From Octopus sinensis (lineage: Eukaryota): DNA of 64,000 nt. This document shows positions 26,101 to 40,200 of the stretch, one piece after another. The stretch's first letter is position 1; each line of letters begins with the position of its first letter. The notes beneath the pieces were generated by a model. It was not told the DNA's origin. It did not search any database and saw nothing but the letters and a program-made list of their open reading frames with translations. A program made the position numbers and the translations under genes. Location of the stretch: contig NC_043000.1 of NCBI RefSeq assembly GCF_006345805.1, positions 20,832,001-20,896,000 of the forward strand, written 5' to 3'.

Positions 26101-27545
26101 TGGGATGACCACTAAGTGGACATCCATTATGCTAGAAGTAGACCCCCTATGGTCTTACCACTAAGAAAGAATTGTTCTCAAGAAAATTTAGCAAAATTTG
26201 CTAAATTGTCTTGAACACAATCCTTTCTTAGTGGTAAGACCATAGGGGGTCTACTTCTAGCATAATGGATGTCCACTTAGTGGTCATCCTTCTTATATGT
26301 ATGTTATATATATATATATAACCTGTGTGCTCATGAGTTGTTGGAATAGTTAGAAAAGACAAAGGATTGTATAATTATCTGCTTGTCACTGTGTGTTATA
26401 TTATAGAATAACGTGGGAAGGTTATACTTTGATTATCTTGTTTTTTTGTTTGTTTTTTGTTTGATAAATTCAATAATATTGACTGCATTGTTCATTTTAA
26501 AAAAGCATTTTTAATATGTGAGGAGCAATTTCTAAAGCCAGGTAGAGTTTTGTAAGAAATGTGAAAAGTCTATGGTAAACTTAAATGTAATAAACATTTT
26601 CATTACAATATTTCTTTTCAAATACACTGCCTTTGTTTAATTCTAATTAATTTTGAAAATAATGAAAACTTTAATAAAATAACTTTATCCTTATTATGCT
26701 TGTATTTGGAACATAAATTAACATGAAATTTTGATGGAGAATTTTGACCCTTTAGCATTAAAACCAGCAATATCCAGCCAAAATATTCTACCAATTTTAT
26801 GTTAAAACTGGTTAGATCCAGTCCATCATACCTACCCTACAATGCCATTATAAAAATAAACAATCACATTATTGAACTCTTGAAGTTACAAGATAATTGA
26901 GGATCAATTCAAAACAATTTGACAATGCTAAGGGGTTAGCATAGATCTCATAAAAATAAAAAGTTTGAATCATAGAATCAGAAGTAGTTTCAAACAGGTT
27001 GGTATCAAAAGGGTTAACATTGAATATTTTTACAACATCGTAGCAAAGCTGTAAAAGCTAAAAAAATTTTCTTTTTATCAATATAAAGCTAGCCAATTCT
27101 GCTTACCATTCTATGATATATGCCAATAACATATTATTTCTATTCTTTTTTTTGTTTGTTTTTTATTAAAACAGTGCTATTCGCTTCCGTTGGACGCAAG
27201 GACACATTCCTCACTTTGACTATGCCCCAGAGTGGGCTATTGATAATGTGTTTATTGGAATGATGTGCCTTAGTAATTGCAATGGACATGGAAGTTGCGG
27301 GAGCTCAATGTTTTGTGAATGTGATGAGGGTTATGGGGGAGACAGCTGCACTCCTTTCCAACAACACCCCACCTCTATGAAAGAAGAGTTTAAGGAACCA
27401 GTGGTGGGTGGATCAAGCGCAGTTCGAGATTACTTTCAAAAACCATCTTCACAATTGCTTGAAGGTAACTGATACACTGTATTTGGAATTTATTGTGAAT
27501 ACTGCTTAATTACAACATATATTTATGTACATGTGTGTGCATATG

Positions 27546-27579
<34 letters not shown>

Positions 27580-30159
27580 CATGCTTGTGTGTGTGTATGC
27601 ATGTGTGTTCTGATACATACCTGAACAATGAAGAAAGTGTGTTATATGTGCTCATATGTATTATATTGTTGTTAATGTCACTGTTGTAATTCACTCTAAA
27701 TTGATAATAATTATGTTACATTCTCCTTATGTTCTTCTCTAACAGCACAAACAGCATTGGATGAGAAAAAATGGTTTATTTGGAGCAATGGCCGTATTAC
27801 ACCTAAGGAGTGTGGTCTTTTAATCAGAGGTGCAAGTCTATACTTTGGAGAAAATGGTGACAGAGTTCTTATTAGCAAAGACCTAGATTTGTCTCGTGTC
27901 AGGTAGAAACACCTTTTCTATTTTAACCTAATTCATTATTGCCTTTTTATTGATTTATACTGAAATCTATGAAAGATTTTTATAGTTTCTTTCTAATGAA
28001 ATACATTTTCTCACACTTTTAACTAAATACAACATTTCCTGACAAATTGAGCTTTCAATGATTTTTTTTTTTTTTTCCCTTACTGAAATAATTACAATAG
28101 CACTACATTGCTGTCTGAAACTGTGATAATCAACTCAGAAATAATACTTGTAAGTCAGTTCTTTATACAACCCAGAAATTACTCTCGAGGTTAAATCTCA
28201 GGGCATAACTGCAATGGACAAGAGGGTGAATATAAGAGAGAAGAATAGGATGAGTGGTTAGGAATGTTTGTGAGACTATGAAAGGAGAGTGGCTGATGGA
28301 TAGCAATGGAGATAGAAGGGAATAGAATATTTCTATCCATTTTGGTAGTACAAATATTAATTGACACTGCAGATAATTAAATGCACAAGACAAAATCTAA
28401 CAAATTTTTTTGCACTATTTAATATGCACTGTTGTGCACATCATTAATTGACCTAACAGTCAGCAATTAATTTATCTGTAGGGAAATTCCTCTCCCTTTG
28501 TTATATATACACAAATATGGACATAGTAGATAACAGCTAGCCTTCAGCCACCCTTTTGGAACCCTGTTGTGTCCACTACTCTGATTGGTTGGTATTGGCG
28601 CAGTTTGTCTCTTGCTCTATTGCACACCAATATACAACCCAACCAATCGCAGCCATCTGATAAGATCACGTCGGGGTCACCATTTGTAAATGACCGTGCA
28701 AATGAGAGGTGACGAGAGTGGCTCCTTTAGTACACCACACGGTCGGTACAATGAATACAAAAAGGATAAATGAGTATAAGTGCCAGAAGGAAAAGAGAGA
28801 CACAACTGGGTAGAATGTTTAAGAGAGGATTTTATTTATATGTTAACATGTGTGTCTGTGTGATCGTCACACATACACATTATGTATACATGACAGCCTG
28901 TCTATTATTATGTAACTGTCAGCAAAACTCTTTATGTACATCAGATTTTATGGTCAAGTGCAGTTCTTAATAGTAGTGATAGTATACAATTTCTGTGGAC
29001 AGAAGACCAGGGGGTACACACTTTCTGATTAGTTACCCCAAATAGGACCAAAACCAATCAAACTGATCTCCCTTCTTCTGCCTGCAAAGAGATTGTTTAG
29101 ACAGTTGTTTATATTTGTCCGGTGTATCTAATCACACATTATAATAACAGCTGAAGCTTGTACTATTTTTGTAGAGAAAACTCTATTGTGCATTTACATG
29201 ATATCTCTTAACTATTTTAGCATAACCTCATGTGATATCAAAATTATTACTCCAGAATTCAATATGTTAATAAGATACTCATTGAATATTTATATTGTTT
29301 AACTCTATAGCAACCATGCTAGAACAGACCTGTCATCAAAGGCATTCCAACCATGACAATTTCATTTTTTTCAACAATAATAATTCAACAATAAATATTA
29401 GAGCTATTTCTTATCTATTTTGGTGTTCTGTCATTCAAGAATAAATTAATTTTTAATTTTGTTAATTTCCTTTCAGTATTGTTCAGTTCTTCCTGCGACT
29501 TGGTTGTAAAGCCTCTCCGCCCAGCACAGGGACCCCTCCAGTGTATGTCCAATATTCAGTCGATGGTGGAATTACATGGCATACCTTTGAGCAATTTGAC
29601 TTTTCCTATGAAAGTAACAAACCTGAATACATTGTTCTTCATCTGCCTGAAAAAGCTCGAACAAATTCTACCAAGCTGCAATGGTGGCAGCCATCAACTG
29701 ATGGTATTTTCACTGAACAATGGGCAGTCGATCAGGTTGGCAATCAACAAATTCCTTTTTACAAATGTTTGCTTTCATTGGTTTTAGTCTATATTTTTGT
29801 AAATCTCTGTGAAAACTGAGTAAGATAATACTAAATTTACAATATTCAGATCACATTTTCATTTCCGGATCGCAGTACAATGAGGCATTAGAACACTTTT
29901 GATGAACATACCATAAATTAGGATTTCCATAAAGAAATTTTGAAAACAAATCTGTGTATTCTGGAAAAGTTTGGCACTAAAAAATCTTATAATAAGGCGA
30001 GGCACAGATATGGCTGTGTGGTTAAGAAGTTTGCTTTTCAACCACATGGTTTCAGTTTCAGGCCCACTGCATGTCAGCTTGAGCAAATGTCTTTTACAGC
30101 ACATGTCAACCAAAGCTATGTCAGTGGATTTGACAAACAGAAACTGAAAGAAGCCCATC

Positions 30160-30192
<33 letters not shown>

Positions 30193-30609
30193 ATATATAT
30201 ATGTGCCCGTGCTAGTAGGGTGCCAAGAGCACCATCCGAGCATGATCGTTGCCAGAGCAGCGAACTAGCTTCTGTGGCACGTAAAAGGGCACCATTTGAG
30301 CGTGATCGTTACCAATGTCGCCTTACTGGCACCTGTGCCGGTGGCATGTGTAAAAAGATTCAAGCGAGGTCATTGCCAGTACTGCCTGACTGGCCCACAT
30401 GCCGGTGAGACGTAAAAAGCACCCACTACACTGTCGGAGTCGTTGGCATTAGGAAAGGCATTCAGCTGTAGAAACTCTGTTAGATCAAGATTGGAGCCTG
30501 GTGCAGCCATCTGGTTCGCCAGCCCTCAGTCAAAATCGTCCGACCCATGCTAGCATGGAAAGCAGACATTAAATGATGATGATATATGTATATATATATA
30601 TATATATAT

Positions 30610-30648
<39 letters not shown>

Positions 30649-33600
30649 TATGCACACACACACACACGTGTGTTTGTTTGTGTATTTATGTCTCCTTGTT
30701 CTTGACACCACATGATAGTTGTAAAGAAGCACCACCATCATACAGGCAGCATCCTTCATTTCCAATCTTCAGAGAAATCATGTTTAGCAATGGCAAAATA
30801 CTACCTTACTAGGAAACAGGAAAGGGTTAGCAATAGGAAAGTCATCTGGCAGTAGAAAATCTCCCTCAATTCTATCCAACTGATACAAGCATGAAAACCT
30901 GGATGTCAAATGATGACAATGATGAGGGGAAAATAGCAATGATAGAAGTCTTTGTTTCAAGACATAAATCCTTTCATTTTAACGTAATAATCTTTTAATC
31001 TTTCTCACCTTCATTTAACTTCAGATAGTATTTATTAACCAGGCACTTAACATTTTCATTCATCACCGTTCAATATTGGGTTTATCTTTTGCTAATCACC
31101 ATTGCATCTTAATTCTTAATCCCGGTCAGTTTCAATATAAATCATTTGGATTCCTAGTTATCATCATCGTTTAATGTCCGTTCTCCATGCTAGTTAAATT
31201 AGTTAATTATTGTCTTGTTTCTTCAAGAGTTTTAATAAAGAAAATACTGATTAATTTATGAATAAAATTATACTTCCTTGATTTGTGCAGATTTATGTTG
31301 GAGGAGATATTGATGGCACTGAAATGCTTCTGGATGAACCAACAATTCCTCAAGATACAAACTGGCTGCTTTATCCTGGAGGAGAAATCAAAAAAGTCTG
31401 TGGGTCTGCTACAGAAGCCCTCTCCTTTGAAGGTATACTCCATCTTTTAAATAATTGGTTCTCAACAGGGGCTCATATGACTCTTTAAGATCCATATAAG
31501 ATTTTTGTTATTGAAATTTATGTACAATAAATTGTTTATACTTCTACTATATGCAAAATCATCATCATCATCGTTTAACATCCATTTTCCATGCTAGCAT
31601 GGGTTGGAAGGTTCGACCGGGGTCTGGGAAGCCAAGAGGTTGCACCAGGCTCCAGTCTGATCTGGCAGTGTTTCTACCGCTGGATGCCCTTCCTAACGCC
31701 AACCACTCCATGAGTGTAGTGGGTGCTTTTTACATGCCACCGGCACAGGTGCCAGACAAGGCTAGCATCAGTCACATTCAGATGGTGCATTTTACGTGCC
31801 ACCGGCAAAATATTTTAACAATTTTTTGTACAGCTCCAAATAATATCTAATTACAAAGAATGTTATAGAATTTTTTAAACGTCAAATGTCTATGAAAATC
31901 CATCCAAGTAAAATTGGAATCAATGGGGTCCATAGGTGAAAAATGGTCAAGAACCATTGCTTTACATTTTTGTGGTTGATACAGAAATACAACATGAGAT
32001 GATGTTTTTGTTTCTATGCATTTGGAATGGAATTGAATAATCTCAACAGGTTTCACAGTTTAGGAGCCATTGTCTGCATAATATTATAAAATTTATCTTT
32101 TTGGAATTTTAAATTAAATTGTTTGCTGATGAACTCTGGAACAGGAAATACATCTTGTAAAACATTCTACTGACATCTATGAAGGTGACATTCATAATAG
32201 AATGGATTTATATTGACCCAAAAGTGAAATTTCTAAGTAAAAACATATAAAAATATTTCAATATCCAAGTTGAAGCCCAATAATCATAAAAAGGATAATT
32301 ACAGATCATGAGGCCTTCACTTTACATTGTAATATTGTTATTTTGTTGTCATTGATTAGTCCAGCTTAGCTTGGATCAAAGAGACCTATAAATCAAAGAC
32401 ATTCCAACCATGACACATCATCCTTTTGCATATCCTACACAACAAGGTTCCTTTGTTTTAAACAGTAGGGTGTGATTTGAGGAGATTCAGTTGCTATTTC
32501 TAGCAGATTGAACGACCATGTAGAGACTCCATTGTTGGCTTCAGAACTCCCCTCGCTATTGTTGTCCTAACTAATACACATTACTTAATCTACCTCTAGA
32601 TTGAACTATTTTGCCACTCCTATAACTTTGTGGCTATCCTGAGGAAGTATATCTAGTGTTTGATGAATATATTCATTTAACCCTTTCATTACTGTATTTA
32701 TTTTGAGATGCTCTATGTTTCTTTCAATTACTTTACGTATAACAAAGAATTTAGTAAAATAACTCAGTTATCATTAAGCTAGTGTTAGGAACATAAATTG
32801 TAACTAAGATTTGGTGGAAGATTTTAATTCAAACCTTATGAAAACAAGACATTTGGAGCCAGAGTCAGTTTCAGCCAGGTTGGTAACGAAAGGGTTAAGC
32901 AAGTCAAAATTCTTGTTGCATTGATGGTGTGCAAATGTCCCAACTCTCCGGGACATCCCTTCATTAACAACTCAACAGGACTGTTGTAAATCAAAAGCAA
33001 TCGAAAGCAAAATCCTTTGATCTCCCCTTTTATGTATCTCTGGGGCAATTTTTTTGAAGTGTTTAAAATGCTTATTAAACATACAAGTCTTGATGGTACA
33101 AAGATTTGTTTCTTCCGTTTATTTCCCAATGGTCATCTTTCCAACTATTAACGAATATAAATTATTTAAATACTAGCATACTTTGTAGATGTTGACAATT
33201 CATATAATTTCTTTCCACTACCAATTTCACAAAGTATCCCAATATTCACTGGGCTGTTTTTAAGTTCATTCTCACATCTCTGCCATAAGAATCAGTAGCA
33301 GAAGAGATTTAAATGAAGCTGATTCTTTTCATAAAGATGTGATGATGATCAAGTTTGTTACTCTCCTTACTCTTTTACTTGTTTCAGTCATTTGACTGTG
33401 GCCATGCTGGAGCACCGCCTTTTAGTTGAGCAAATTGACCCCAGGACTTATTCTTTGTAAGCCTAGTACTTATTCTATCAGTCTCTTTTGCCGGACCGCT
33501 AAGTTACAGGGATGTAAAGACACCAGCATCGGTTGTCAAGCAATATTGTGGGGACAAACACAGACACACAAACATATACACACACATACATATATATATA

Positions 33601-36101
33601 CGTATATGGGCTTCTTTCAGTTTCCATCTATCAAATCCACTCACAAGGCTTTGGTCGGCCCAAGGTTATAGTAGAAGACACTTGTCCAAGGTGCCATGCA
33701 GTGGGACTGAACCTGGAACCATGTGGTTGGTAAGCAAGCTACTTACCACACAGCCACTCCTACGCCCATTAATGTTAAAATTAAATTGTTTTTTTTTTTT
33801 TTCCTTGGGGTCTGAAATGTCATTAATCTCTAATAAACTTTTGCTTTATGCTAATATTAAATATAAATCTTTTCCAGATGAAGGTAATATGAGGTATGCA
33901 ATATCCAGAGATGTGACCACCTATTCAGGGACATTCATTCAATTTGAAGTCTCAATGGGATGCGAAGACACTAAACAATGCTATGGTAAGTTTAATATTC
34001 TTCTATCAAATTCGGTTATATGTTATAACTTCTATTTCTGCTCTATTCAGTTATAATGTATCATTAATATACTCAATATATCATTTAACATATTTTATAA
34101 TATACCATATACCATTAATGAGCAGTATATCATATCATTAATATATCATATAAAATACCACAAATGTACCAAATACTTAGGAATGATATACAAACTATTC
34201 AAGTCTACTTTCTTGGATTTGCCCTTCTTCATATTATAAATCATAGCTAATGTTAAAAGAGACCACTTAACCCTTTAGCATTTAAACCGGCCATATCCAG
34301 CCAAAAGTATTCTGCCTGTTTTATGTTGAAACTGGTCAGATCTGGTCTCTCAGACCAACCCTACAATATCGTTTTAAAAATTAACAGCTACCTCATCAAA
34401 ATCTCATAGCTACAAGATAATGCATGATTAGTTCAAAACAATGTGGATGAAAAGGCATTAATTTTGGCAGAATAATGCAAACACTAAAGGGTTAATGATC
34501 TGGGTGTGTGTATAGTTTGGTAATAATAAGCAGATTCCAAGGTAGAACAATTGTAGATAATTACTTTACATTGCAAAGCAGACGAGCTTGAATTAGATAA
34601 AACTGACCTATCAAAAAAAAAAGGCACTTGTTCTCCCTGCAACTGAAGTTACTATTGTGTGTAATATAAACTCATCATCTATGTGTGTCAACTGAAGCTA
34701 TGCTATTCTGAGCAATCAATGCTGGATTGTGTCTTAGATTTTATTAACTCTATTAAGTAGCTATTGTATTAGCAAATTACAGCACCAATTAAATTCCATG
34801 CTTTGAAAACACTTAGAGATTCTCAGCTCTTATAAATACCAAAGAGTTATCATCACATAAACACCCTTTCCTTTCTTTATGTGAATTATTCAATCTTTAT
34901 GTGAATTATTCAATCCTTCTCAGAAGACATAACCATACTTTGTTTAAATCCTGTCTTGTCTTCTATTAATATCAAAAACACCTGACAGATATCTACGTTT
35001 TCCCCATCAACAATGACCTCCCATATATCCTCTCACAGAATATCACTATTTAATGACATTTAGCAATATGCAATGCTGAGTCAATCTCTTACTTCTCATG
35101 AATATTAATCAGTTTAAAGGTTTCCATTCACAAGATTCCTGTATCAACTATCTGAGATCTATCTTATGTTCACAACCTTACCGAAATCACATAAGCAACA
35201 CTTTATATTCTCTTGAGAGCTAAAATATCATTTCAGCTTTAGTCATTATTTTCTCTCTTCAAAGCTTAAATATATTTTAAATGTTCATCCTCTTTAATCA
35301 TTATATATTAAGAAGCCATTTTAAAAAGATATATTTGCATTATTAACAAGGTTTGCTGAAAATGCTCATTTGCTCACATTGCAGATATCTTGTTTCTATT
35401 TCAAGAGAAAAAAAATCAACAAACCACGCACTAACTCGACACCAACCCACTTGTTTTTTTATTATTTATTACCCACACTCTATTCTCCTTCCGAAAGACT
35501 CTCTGGAAGTATAAATGCAGTCCATTATTCCACTAAACTTGTAAAATTCCATCCCTGTCCATGTGTTTCTAAACCAACTTTCAAAATTTCACATTAATCA
35601 CATCAGTCTTGCTTGTTTTAATATATTTTGGTGGACTAAGGCAGTGAGATGGCAGAATCATTAGCCCACCAGACAAAATGCTTTGCAGCATTTCATGTCT
35701 TTACATTCTGGGTTCAAATTCTGCCAAGGTCAATTTTGTCTTTTATTATTCTGGGATCAATAAAATAAGTACCAGCTTAGCCCTGGGGTCGATGTAATCG
35801 ACTTGCCCCTCCCTAAAATTTTGCTGGCCTTGTGCCAAAAATTTGAGACTAATATTCAGGTGGACCTCAACAAAATACAGACAATTTCATCATCACTTAA
35901 CGTCTGCTTTCCATGTTGGCATGGGTTGGACGGTTTAACTGAGAACTGGCAGCCCAGTAGGCTGCACCAGGCTCCAATCTGATCTGGCAAGGTGTCTACA
36001 GCTGGATACCCTTCCTAATGCCAACCACTCCAAGAGTGTAGTGGGTGCTTTTACATTGCCACCGACACAGGAGCCAGTTAGGGGGTATTAGCATCGACAT
36101 A

Positions 36102-36182
<81 letters not shown>

Positions 36183-37243
36183 GAGAGAGAGAGAGAGATA
36201 GGCACAGCGGTAATTGTGTGTTTCAAATGCTTACTTTCCAGCTACATGGCTTCAGGTCAACTTGGGTAAATGCCTTGCAAACAGATTTGGTAGAGAGAAA
36301 CTGAAATGTGTGTGGGGGAGTGTCTCCCAGTTTTGACATTACAGGACTGTTATAAATGTGTGTCACCACTGTATGAGCACTATATTTCATTTCCAGTCTT
36401 CTCTGGAAACATGTCTGACCATGGAGAAATACAACCTTACCTGGAAACAGGAGATATTGGTGACTGGAAGGTCATCCTACTGTAGAAAATCTACTTCAAT
36501 AAGGCGGCAAGCAGGCAGAAACGTTAGCACGCCAGGCGAAATGCTTTGTGGTATTTCATCTTCCGCTGCATTCTGAGTTCAAATTCTGCCAAGGTCAACT
36601 TTGCCTTTCATCCTTTCAAGGTCGGTAAATGAAGTACCAGTTATGCACTGGGATCGATGTAATCAACTTCATCCCTTTGTCTGTCCTTGTTTGTCCCCTC
36701 TATGTTTAGCCCCTTGTGGGCAATAAAGAAATAAGAAAATCTATCTCAATAAATTCTGCCTGACCAATGCATGCATGGAAAAGTGGATGTTAAATGATGA
36801 TCACGAGGATGAGGATAAGACCTGTTGAGGCAAGTGAGGATCAGAATCGAAATCGATCAATGGAAATTGCAGATGTGTTACCAGTGCCGGTGGCATGTAA
36901 GAGAACCTTCCGTTTCGCGACCGTTGTCAGCACCGCCCCGACTGGCCTCGTGCCGGTGGCACGTAAAAAGCACCATCCATTCGTGTCCGTTGCCAGCCTC
37001 GCCTGGCACATAAAAAGCATCATCCGTTCGTGGCCGTTTGCCAGCTCTGTCTGGCACCTGTGCGGTTGGCACGTAAAAAGCACCCACTACACTCACAGAG
37101 TGGTTGGCGTCAGGAAGGGCATCCAGCCGTAGAAACACAGCCAGATTTGACTGAGCCTGATGAAGCCTTCTGGCTTCACAGACCCCAGTAGAACCGTCCA
37201 ACCCATGCTAGCATGGAAAACGGACGCTAAACGATGATGATGA

Positions 37244-37285
<42 letters not shown>

Positions 37286-40200
37286 GAGTAGATGGAACTG
37301 CTATATAAGCTTTCCAAAAAGTGAAGCTTAAGCTTCTCTCAAACATCAACAATAAAATAAATACTTAACACCCTCACCTGACTTTTGGGTGTCTTTAGTG
37401 AAATCCACTCTGCTACAAGTACAAAGACTAGATCTCTGGCTTGAGGACAGCCTATATGTTATGGGCCTTTCTCCTTTGCCATCTATCCAAACTTAGAAGC
37501 CCTTCAAAAGTTCATAGACACTGTCCTGTCTCCTGACTAAGCCATCAAGATTTATACTCTTCACTCTTTCTTTACAGTCAGTCATCACCTCCTCTCCTTC
37601 AAGTTACATCAAAAGAAGTCCCTTGGGGGAGAGGAGGTGGTGACTCATTCTTGACACCTAACTCATTTAACTATCAACTACCCCTCTACTCTTGTTCACC
37701 ATTCATCATGTTCACTCCTACCCTCAACTCTAACTATCCCTCACTCTCCTGTCACACTCTTGTAGCCTTTATCTATCCTTCCTGTTATTCTTTCCCCACT
37801 TTCTTCCATTCACATTATTGTACCTTGTGGATATGCCTTCCTTTACCCTTTGTCACTAGCATCTTTATTACTATTGTCAGAGCCATCCCAATTACTCCTA
37901 CTCACTCTTATCTAATATGGAGTAGCTATTTATCTCCTCCACAGCAACGAAACTGTTTTTGTTGATTTTATTTTACTTTAATCTCTTAACACCTAGCATA
38001 AAGCTTCCTCTTTTCATCTACTATTCTGCCCCCCACCCCGTCCCCCACTTTGTCGAGGGTGCTTTTTAGTCTTGCAAGTTACATGGCGACCTCATTGTGC
38101 CAGGGTCACAAAAATGGCACCCGAGACACTCTGTAAAGTGGTTGACATTATGAAAAGAATCCAATCATAGTAACCATACAAAAGCAGACATAGGCACATG
38201 AGACAATCCTTAGAACTGTTGGACCATGTCAAACCATCCAACCCATGCCAACATGGAAGACGCATAGATGATGATGATGAAGATGGTGGTGGTGGTCCAC
38301 ATAGACAAAATTGATTAAAATAATAAACACTTACCATTGTGATAAATGAAGGTAATGGCTAAAAGAAATCTCAATTCAAAGGAAGCAAGTTTGAACTCTC
38401 AAACACTCTGAAGCTGATTTTAAAATGTTCCATAGCAACAGCCAAAACTATTTAACAAATCTTGCTATCACATTTATATAACCTAATCTGGAATAGCAGC
38501 TGTATTGCAGATCAATAGTAGAAGTTGAACAGACCCATAATTCATTAGATTCCATGTGGAAATTATTATCTCTGTTTTGGGAAAAATGTAAAAATCTCAC
38601 CTCTAGATGTTAAAATAGTGAAGGTCATATTCATCCAGACATCTTAATGACCAAACTCGATATTGTAAACTTAATTACAGTAGTTTTTCAAGCAACTGTT
38701 GATGAACGGTTACGCAACAGAAATAATTTTTTTTTTTAATTCCACAAATAACGTTTTCATCATAAAGTAAATTTGATACTATTCTCTGTACAAGAAGTAT
38801 GTATTTCAAAGTGGAAAACCAGAAAACTTCATAGAACTAAGTGCTGAAGGCAAAGAATGCCTTTTTCATCATTCGTTGACAGTCCATGACCAGCTTTATT
38901 GTGCCTGAGCTGCTTTCAGAAGTAAGTGCCTGCATCAAGTACTCTTACCATCTCTCCACTTGTTGATGAGCCATGAAGGAAAGACAACTCATTATGTTCA
39001 CAGCATCCATGAAGCCACAGGGGGTGCTAGATATTGGTTAAAAATAACCTTGTCAGTGCCGCTGGACTGGCTCCTGTGCAGGTGGCACATACAAAAGCAC
39101 CATTTGAGCGTGGCCGTTACCTGTACCGCTTAACTGGCCCTTGTGCCGGTAGCATGTAAAAGCACCCACTACACTCTCAGAATGGTTGGTGTTAGGAAGG
39201 GCATCCAGCTGTAGAAACTCTGCCAGATCAGATTGGAGTCTGGTGCAGCCATTTGGTTTACCAGACCTCAGTCAAATCGTCCAACCCATGCTAGCATAGA
39301 AAGTGGACGTTAAACAATGATGATGATGATACATATCTGTCTTAGGGTCCCTCCTACTGGATTTTCTGTAAGGGTTTACTCACTTAACCTTTTTAAATTC
39401 TCAATAAATAACACCACAAGGCAGCAGAGCTTTGAATTAGGAATTATCCTTATCCTAGACAGATGTCCCTGGAGAGGTGAAATGGGCCATATCTACTTGT
39501 GTGTGTTTTTGTCAGCTGACAAATGGTAACATCCTTAATGCTTTACAGAGCCTTTGAATCTGATTAGTTATTCACAGACTGGAAACTTGGTCGAAATACT
39601 TAGACAAGAATCCAAACCATGGAGACATCCAAGAGCGGGCATGATATCTCCAATAAACTTCCACACAGTTTAGTTCTAATTTAGGAAATTTGACTCACAA
39701 GGATTTGGCCAACTGGTGGGCTATGATAGAAGATACTTTCCTAAGGTGGTATGCAGTTGGGGATCAAACTTAGTACCACTTAACTGAAAAGTGAATTTAA
39801 TATACTAATAATGAAATTATTGTATGCAGTGCTCCTGTGCACCACAACTTGTCAAAAGTGCATATAAAGCATATGCTGTAATGTACAAATGTCTAGAAAG
39901 TGAACAGTGTATGAGTCAGATATATGCTTGGCGTGTGTATGGAGGGGAGAAAATCAGGTGTAGTGTTGGTGAATCTCAGAAAGCATGGAAGTTTTGAAGG
40001 ATGCAGTACTCCGACAACTAACAACTGATGCCAGCAGTTTGTTCCTCCAACTCTTAGCATGAAAAAATGTTTCCGAAAGTCATGGGAGCTGTGCTGTTTT
40101 CTGACTTTGTAAACATGTCCACAAGTGTTAGACAGGTGGAGTTTGAAAAGGTGCTCAGAGTTATTCTTAGTAAGATGGTTAATAATTTTATGGGTGTCTG

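Noticed and set aside
28580-28652. Possible pre-miRNA with miR-92-like TATTGCAC at 28618-25
   Set aside because: The hairpin has large bulges and the rest of the putative mature sequence does not resemble miR-92; an 8-mer match is expected by chance.
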